From a virus: a stretch of DNA of 64,000 nucleotides. The notes beneath the pieces were generated by a model. It did no database searches. It was not told the origin of the DNA and saw nothing but the letters and a program-made list of their open reading frames with translations. The position numbers and the translations under genes are program-made. The stretch lies in IMG/VR virus record IMGVR_UViG_3300002060_000001, positions 1-64,000 of that record; one strand, written 5' to 3'. Shown here piece by piece: positions 59,211 to 64,000 of this stretch. Numbering within the stretch: the first letter of the stretch is position 1; each line of letters starts with the position of its first letter.

Positions 59211-61820
59211 CTATTCATCTAAAATTTGATTTACGCTTCCCGTGAAACCCGTGGCTAAAAGGGTCACAACATTCTCAACCGTTTGATAGTAAGGCGGGGA
59301 ACTTGAGTTCCGGACACGATATAGCATTTCCATATCGCCCTCATAATTCAGAGAAAAGACAAACGGGTCTGTTGTCGCAATACCGTTAAATATTACATCC
59401 CCCGCCGTATATGTCCCGACAGTCTCATTAGCCCTGACCATAACCTGACTGCCGCTGATCACATTCGTCAACGTGAAATCAACCTGATCAATCGGGTAAA
59501 GATTGGCCGTCTGATCCGCTAGGGTTGTGTCCGTATAGATGACAAACGCCTGCATATTTGTCTGTGTACCCGTGGCGGTGATACGGTATTTCAACCGAAT
59601 ACCGTCAACCATATTTGTTATTCCGGTTCTGGTTGAGGGGTCACGGACATCAAGCCAAGTCCCGTTATATCCTGATCCGGTGTCATACTGCATTTCAACC
59701 GTCACGTTCGCGCCCCATTGATCAGTCCCGTCCGCGACTGTTGTTGTGGCTCTGGCTAAGGTTGGGGCCGTATTACGGAAAGCCGTATGACCCAAGGCCA
59801 CATAGGGCATCTCAATGATGAACTGATCACCGGACACCATATCAACGTCACCGTCTTTCGTGAACTTAGGATTTCCCGACACAATCTCAATGGGCCTATC
59901 CTCACTGCCGGGACACATACTGCAGAAGAAATAACCCCTTGTGTCCGACTCAAAAATATCACCCGTATTAGAGCCCGCCGTTCCCACAAGGTCAGTTTCC
60001 AAGCCTGTCGTTGAGCCTAGATTTCCTGATCCGCCATGAAGCCCTCGGAAAGTTGTATCAATGCCGTCAGGTTCAATCTCGCCATTATACTCACCTGAAC
60101 AATTTTGAACTAAGACGTTTTTACAAGTTCCACTGGCGACAAAGACAAATTCATTCGACGTCCCTCTATTCTGCCAACACCTTGAAATGGTGATGTTTGA
60201 ACAAAGCCCCGACACACTAGCAAACTCTTCCCCTTGAGTTCCGGCTTGACCCTCATTATCAAACTTATCATCAATGAAGTGAAATCCCCGAACCTCAACA
60301 TTAGAAACGTCCGTGATAACAACCTTACTGTCATCCGGAACCGAGCCTTGTAAAACTTCCCATCCCGTAACTTTAATATTATTAGAACCGGACGTAATGA
60401 ACATCTGGTCATTGTTGGCGACAGAGCCGTCTAAGTTTCTCTGTGTCTTGAGAAGTTTAATATCGCCGTTAAATGATGCATTGATATAAAACTGTGTCCC
60501 GATGACGACAAAATCATAGAATGTAAAATTGCTGACCCTTAGAAGTTCCGCTTCCTCAAGGTTGGTTGCTGAAATTTGAATACACCGCTTATAGTCAACA
60601 TTAAGAGAGGTCTGGCCACCGAACTGTGTTGTTTCCGCAGCGTTGTGCAGAGACATCACCAGACAGTCACGAATGTCTGCCCCGCTAACAAGGTCAACGA
60701 TAGGGGGGACGGAACGAGAGTCGCTTCGAGTGTTTCCCTCAATTTCATTGACCCAGATGCAATGATCATATGTCACGCGGGACAGCGCTCCATAGACCCC
60801 GAAATTCAGGTTAGCCGCGCAATAAGAGGCTTGAAAGATGCCGCCAAGGTTATCTTCGAAATAGGCCGAACCCATAGACACACCATGAAAATAACAGTCC
60901 CCGCCGTTTACCGTCTCTAATTCATATTTACCTGTTCCGCCCGCGACCCATGATGACGCGCCCGTGGGAAATAGCGTTGTGGTTGATGTTGCGAAATGAA
61001 CCATAGGCACTCTAATCCGCGCCCCGCTAGGCGGGATGAACCCGTTTGTTCCGTTTCCGAATAACAGTGAGTTTGACCCATAGGCTTGCTCAAATCCAAA
61101 GCCCGCTATACCAGAGCCTAAAGTTGACAGTCCGTTGACGGAGTTTTGTCTCGCATTGGCAAATTCTTGAAAGACCCCAGTTTCAAGAACGTCTGCCCCG
61201 TTAGCCTGTCCGTTCCATGACTTTTGATAATCTGGGCCGCTATTGTCCTGAAGGGTATGAAGTTCGATTGCGTCATTATTTGCCAGTGATCCCGTCAAGA
61301 ACCTCACAACCATATAGCCCGAAGTGACATCTCCGACGACTTCCGTAATCCGGCCATGAACATCATTGTCACTTGTTTTAAACACCCAGTCACCGACAGC
61401 GGGCGCTACCCCAGAGCCGTTATCATAATTTATACGCCGGCCTGTCTCGACCCATACGCCGCTAAAAACGTCAGCGTCTATAGGTGAGGGTGAAAAGTAA
61501 GATGAACAGTCAAAGGTCTGATTTGCGTTTCCGTTACTTGTCGTGGGAAACTCCCACCAACCTAAAGAGGTTCTAAAAACACCCGCGCCGTTGACGTTTA
61601 TTTCCTCATTCTGCTCACCCGCCCAGACAATAGGGTTCGTGGCATTCTCACCATCAAGAAACAGTTCGCCGTCATTGATGCTAACTTGACCGATAAGCTT
61701 AGTGGGGGACTGGCTGACCGTCAGAACAGCGCCCCCATTGATAGTGATATTTTGACCGTTATTCAGCCCGGCCTCAACCGCTGTCATATTAGCGCTACTG
61801 GTTATCGTTTGGTTTGCCAT
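59211..61820 (-). CDS. Right-handed beta-helix (pectate-lyase-fold-like) tailspike / polysaccharide depolymerase candidate
   Basis: 869 aa with many short repeats of the type N-I-x-V/I-x-G / C-x-N-V-x-V-x-N-C (NITINGG, NIKVTGW, NVEVRGF, NITISRC, NVLVQNC). Asn/Gly/Thr-rich. Confidence 0.6.
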   Translation of the reverse strand: MANQTITSSANMTAVEAGLNNGQNITINGGAVLTVSQSPTKLIGQVSINDGELFLDGENATNPIVWAGEQNEEINVNGAGVFRTSLGWWEFPTTSNGNANQTFDCSSYFSPSPIDADVFSGVWVETGRRINYDNGSGVAPAVGDWVFKTSDNDVHGRITEVVGDVTSGYMVVRFLTGSLANNDAIELHTLQDNSGPDYQKSWNGQANGADVLETGVFQEFANARQNSVNGLSTLGSGIAGFGFEQAYGSNSLLFGNGTNGFIPPSGARIRVPMVHFATSTTTLFPTGASSWVAGGTGKYELETVNGGDCYFHGVSMGSAYFEDNLGGIFQASYCAANLNFGVYGALSRVTYDHCIWVNEIEGNTRSDSRSVPPIVDLVSGADIRDCLVMSLHNAAETTQFGGQTSLNVDYKRCIQISATNLEEAELLRVSNFTFYDFVVIGTQFYINASFNGDIKLLKTQRNLDGSVANNDQMFITSGSNNIKVTGWEVLQGSVPDDSKVVITDVSNVEVRGFHFIDDKFDNEGQAGTQGEEFASVSGLCSNITISRCWQNRGTSNEFVFVASGTCKNVLVQNCSGEYNGEIEPDGIDTTFRGLHGGSGNLGSTTGLETDLVGTAGSNTGDIFESDTRGYFFCSMCPGSEDRPIEIVSGNPKFTKDGDVDMVSGDQFIIEMPYVALGHTAFRNTAPTLARATTTVADGTDQWGANVTVEMQYDTGSGYNGTWLDVRDPSTRTGITNMVDGIRLKYRITATGTQTNMQAFVIYTDTTLADQTANLYPIDQVDFTLTNVISGSQVMVRANETVGTYTAGDVIFNGIATTDPFVFSLNYEGDMEMLYRVRNSSSPPYYQTVENVVTLLATGFTGSVNQILDE

Positions 61821-62069
61821 TTAATCAGAGCCCTTTACATGATAGCAATTTTCTCTTTCGCAGACTCTGATTTGTTCCACAACCCTAGTGCGATAACCGC
61901 TTTCTTGAGTTACATAGCGCTCGGATTTTCTTATTCGATAGATATGAGCGGGCGCGGGCTCTTTAAGATAATTCGTGCCGCAAATTGAACAGGCATCACA
62001 GACGGCGGGTTCCTTTGGGCCTGTCCAGACCTGTTCACCGCATTTGCAGATATATTCCTTATCATCCAT
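61821..62069 (-). CDS. Small Zn-ribbon protein (82 aa)
   Basis: Start via TAATG overlap (MDDKEYICKCGEQ...CDACSICG...). The stop abuts the next ATG. Confidence 0.5.
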   Translation of the reverse strand: MDDKEYICKCGEQVWTGPKEPAVCDACSICGTNYLKEPAPAHIYRIRKSERYVTQESGYRTRVVEQIRVCERENCYHVKGSD

Positions 62070-62569
62070 TATCCATACACCAGTTCTGTTCTGTCCGGCC
62101 ATGCTGCGTCAAGGTCATCCTTAGTGGGGTTGTTGCCGATTGATGCCCTTTGGGCTTGTGACGTGAGGCGAACTTGTCTTTCAACTTTCCAGTCATCCCC
62201 GTCATCCCAACCGAAATAAAAATATGTTGGGTCTGTCTCATCAAGTAGATCAGGCCGCGGCAAGAATCCCCCCGATACCGTGAGGGTCAGGTAATCTTCT
62301 TGAGCGCTTAAAGCCAATGATGCCCCGCCCTCTGTCCGCAACAGGCCGTCTTGTCCATTTGTCCCGAATAGCAATGACGGGATCTGTGCGCCCGTAACGT
62401 CACCCGTGCCTGACCCGCCGCCGATTATACTGCCGGGCAGGATTTGAGCATAGAACGTAGGGATAAGCTGAACCTCAACGGTCATCTGGGCCGCAGGGTC
62501 AAGCGTCAGATCTCCCGCAACCGCGCTATAGAGGAACGCGGAAACGCTATATGTGGGTAAAAGCTTCAT
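62069..62569 (-). CDS. Hypothetical structural protein (166 aa)
   Basis: Track ORF, tightly packed in the cluster. Confidence 0.45.
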   Translation of the reverse strand: MKLLPTYSVSAFLYSAVAGDLTLDPAAQMTVEVQLIPTFYAQILPGSIIGGGSGTGDVTGAQIPSLLFGTNGQDGLLRTEGGASLALSAQEDYLTLTVSGGFLPRPDLLDETDPTYFYFGWDDGDDWKVERQVRLTSQAQRASIGNNPTKDDLDAAWPDRTELVYG

Positions 62570-62905
62570 CTATGTACCGCCGCCCGTCGGCCCCCAGATG
62601 ATTTCAAATTCTGTTGTGTCTGTTGATATGACCGTGCCTTCAGGCGCGGGAGCCGTGAACTCAATATCAATGAAAGCGCGTCCGACGGGCCATTCACTGG
62701 TATCACCGGACTTGATGCGGCACTTACGTTGTGCGGCGTCTATCCATTCAAACGTCAGATCATCAATGAGGGCATATTGATCATCCCTAACTTGTGATGC
62801 GCCTGTCCATCCCGTTAAGTCACCGACTTCCTGACCGTCATAGCGTTTGACCGTAACCTGTCCTGAAAAATCGAATGTATCGCCGCGCTTGAATTTAAGT
62901 TTCAT
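62570..62905 (-). CDS. BppU-N/Ig-like adaptor domain protein (putative)
   Basis: KFKRGDTFDFSGQVT...LTGWTGASQVRD...FEW...VGRAFIDIEFT follows the beta-sandwich pattern of baseplate upper protein N-domains. Confidence 0.4.
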   Translation of the reverse strand: MKLKFKRGDTFDFSGQVTVKRYDGQEVGDLTGWTGASQVRDDQYALIDDLTFEWIDAAQRKCRIKSGDTSEWPVGRAFIDIEFTAPAPEGTVISTDTTEFEIIWGPTGGGT

Positions 62906-62960
62906 AACCGCCTCCTGTTGTTTCTGTATTCAACAGAAGGCGCTTTGTAAATGCAGAGCC

Positions 62961-63164
62961 TTAAGCCGCCCGCATCCGGATAGAGCCGTCAGGGCGATAG
63001 TTGACGTTCCGTCCCATAGATTTAGTAAATGACTTTTTTCCGCCAACTATAGTCATAAGAGCCTGACCGCCGCCCTTGCCGTTTTCAAAGTAATCATAAA
63101 TCGCATCAATGTCTTTATCAGAAAGCCTTGTGGCGTTAGCGTCTTTTAGGGTTGTTCTCGGCAT
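62961..63164 (-). CDS. Hypothetical protein (67 aa)
   Basis: ATG at 63164 after AAAGGAAC (MPRTTLKDANATRL...). The track ORF starts 30 nt earlier. Confidence 0.45.
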   Translation of the reverse strand: MPRTTLKDANATRLSDKDIDAIYDYFENGKGGGQALMTIVGGKKSFTKSMGRNVNYRPDGSIRMRAA

Positions 63165-63187
63165 TTTAGGTTCCTTTCGACTGGACA

Positions 63188-63205
63188 ATAACAATTTATT
63201 GTGAT
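63188..63205 (-). promoter_or_regulatory. Palindrome-family box (minus strand ATCACAATAAATTGTTAT)
   Basis: 23 nt upstream of the ATG at 63164. Near-identical to the boxes at 24965 and 54331. Confidence 0.5.
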
Positions 63206-63320
63206 TATGGTCTATCGGGCGGTCAGGTTCTCGTCAAGACCCCCTCAAATAACTTACACGAGGCGCTCTATAGTCACACTGAACGCGCGTCAGCCCGCGT
63301 GATCAGACGTATAGATAGAA

Positions 63321-63358
63321 AACCCCGTCCTTGCCCCACATGATGACGGGGTTTTTTA
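63321..63358. terminator. Hairpin terminator, usable in both orientations
   Basis: AACCCCGTC-15-nt loop-GACGGGGTT followed by TTTTTATT on the plus strand. AGAAAA upstream gives a U-tract on the minus strand. Confidence 0.6.
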
Positions 63359-63407
63359 TTCGCAGGATTTGACCGTGTTTTGATGCTCTATGGGATGTCC
63401 ATTGAAT

Positions 63408-63458
63408 TTATGCACAAATGCGGGGGTTTTATGCACAGAACGGCCCGTTTTATGCACT
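63408..63458 (+). repeat. Three DnaA-box-like direct repeats at exact 21-bp spacing
   Basis: TTATGCACA at 63408-63416, TTATGCACA at 63429-63437 and TTATGCACT at 63450-63458. They are flanked by GATGTCCA at 63394-63401 and 63462-63469. Confidence 0.7.
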
Positions 63459-63483
63459 TTCGATGTCCACTAAGATTTAACCG

Positions 63484-64000
63484 CTATTTGATCCTAAGCG
63501 TCCTGATACAACGGCAGTTGATCACATTACCCGCAACGGCTGACTTATCCCCCGGATAGAATATCGTCCCAAGGCTGTTTTCCCACGGCTCACCGTGAGC
63601 CCGCTTTGTCTTATGAAGCTCTTGATGGGGGTCACGCTGACGCCCGTCCTGTCCGGTCAACCACTGATAGACAATATCATCCTCATTGACGGCCCCGCTT
63701 AAAATCGCCTCATCGATCGCATTATTTTGACCATCATGAACCGCGTGTAACGCCTCCGTGCGCGCAATGGTGACGGCCCTATAGGCGAGTGAACGCTGAC
63801 GATAGCGCTCAACCATGTTTTCTATCTCGGCTGACGTGAGGGTCTTTTCACCCCGCAGGGCGCGCCTGATCGTTCTGTCAAAGCGTTTATCGCGCAATTT
63901 ACGGGTCAGGGCCTCCCGTTGAGCGCGAGTCGGTACGTCATCGGCCCCTATGCGCTGCAACAGCTTACGGTAATTTTGAACCGCCAGTTGTTGATGTTCT
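63484..64000 (-). CDS. Phage Mu F / SPP1 gp7-like head morphogenesis protein, C-terminal part (ORF open to the right edge)
   Basis: ...RTEALHAVHDGQ...WLTGQDGRQRDPHQELHKTKRAHGEPW...YPGDKSAVAGNVINCRCI is the MuF C-terminal motif. The frame stays open through 63961-64000. Confidence 0.8.
   Translation of the reverse strand, partial: EHQQLAVQNYRKLLQRIGADDVPTRAQREALTRKLRDKRFDRTIRRALRGEKTLTSAEIENMVERYRQRSLAYRAVTIARTEALHAVHDGQNNAIDEAILSGAVNEDDIVYQWLTGQDGRQRDPHQELHKTKRAHGEPWENSLGTIFYPGDKSAVAGNVINCRCIRTLRIK

Noticed and set aside
1-64000. CRISPR arrays, tRNA/tmRNA/rRNA genes, integrase/attP, a reverse transcriptase/DGR for the fibre, and inteins in dnaB/terL.
   Set aside because: No spaced identical repeats were seen; the GGC/GCC runs encode Gly tracts in the tape measure, fibre and methyltransferase genes. 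The few non-coding gaps do not fold as cloverleaves by eye. No tyrosine/serine recombinase or RT motifs appear in any ORF. DnaB is of normal length. The search was visual, not exhaustive.

Overview
The window is about 64 kb of a lambda-like siphovirus-type tailed phage or prophage. It is almost entirely coding and carries no cellular housekeeping genes. The host is probably an alphaproteobacterium: there is a GcrA-like factor, CcrM-type beta-class methyltransferases, an alpha-type XRE regulator, and a GTA/lambda-like M-L-K-J tail tip.

Layout:
- 1-10028, minus strand: recombination/replication-accessory operon. It holds a PD-(D/E)XK nuclease, an ExoX-like exonuclease, RecT, a LexA-DBD-like protein, an N6/N4 methyltransferase and the DnaN beta clamp, and ends in terS plus the start of terL.
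- 10122-27770, plus strand: replication and DNA-modification genes. These are a RuvC-like resolvase, DnaB, an initiator-like protein, a GcrA-like protein, an SMC-like ATPase, DnaG, a giant C5-methyltransferase, an MT-A70 methyltransferase, an HNH endonuclease, MarR, a HerA/FtsK-like ATPase, an ASCH protein, a RecD-like helicase, a GNAT and a deoxyribosyltransferase-like protein.
- 27767-52317, minus strand: secreted nuclease, spanins and lysis genes, a 2354-aa fused gpI-gpJ fibre, K, L, M, the tape measure, G/GT chaperones, the tail tube, connectors, a gpE-like capsid protein, a decoration protein, a scaffold and an XkdF-like protease.
- 52367-57250: an opposite-strand island carrying an XRE regulator, SSB and a ParB-methyltransferase.
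- 57251-64000, minus strand: a fibre/beta-helix module and a MuF-like head protein.

No rRNA, tRNA, CRISPR array, integrase or DNA polymerase was seen.

Most interesting signals:
1. A three-copy promoter/leader cassette with a covarying 5' hairpin.
2. An 18-bp palindrome family at 11 operon borders.
3. Three DnaA-box-like repeats at exact 21-bp phase, in a phage that encodes a clamp, helicase, primase and SSB but no polymerase in this window.
4. A C5-methyltransferase with about five tandem target-recognition modules.
5. A translationally coupled ASCH-helicase-GNAT-deoxyribosyltransferase-like cluster and a MarR-ORF-HerA-like cassette.
6. A lambda-identical G GGA AAG frameshift site.

All calls rest on reading motifs by eye. 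No database searches were run.
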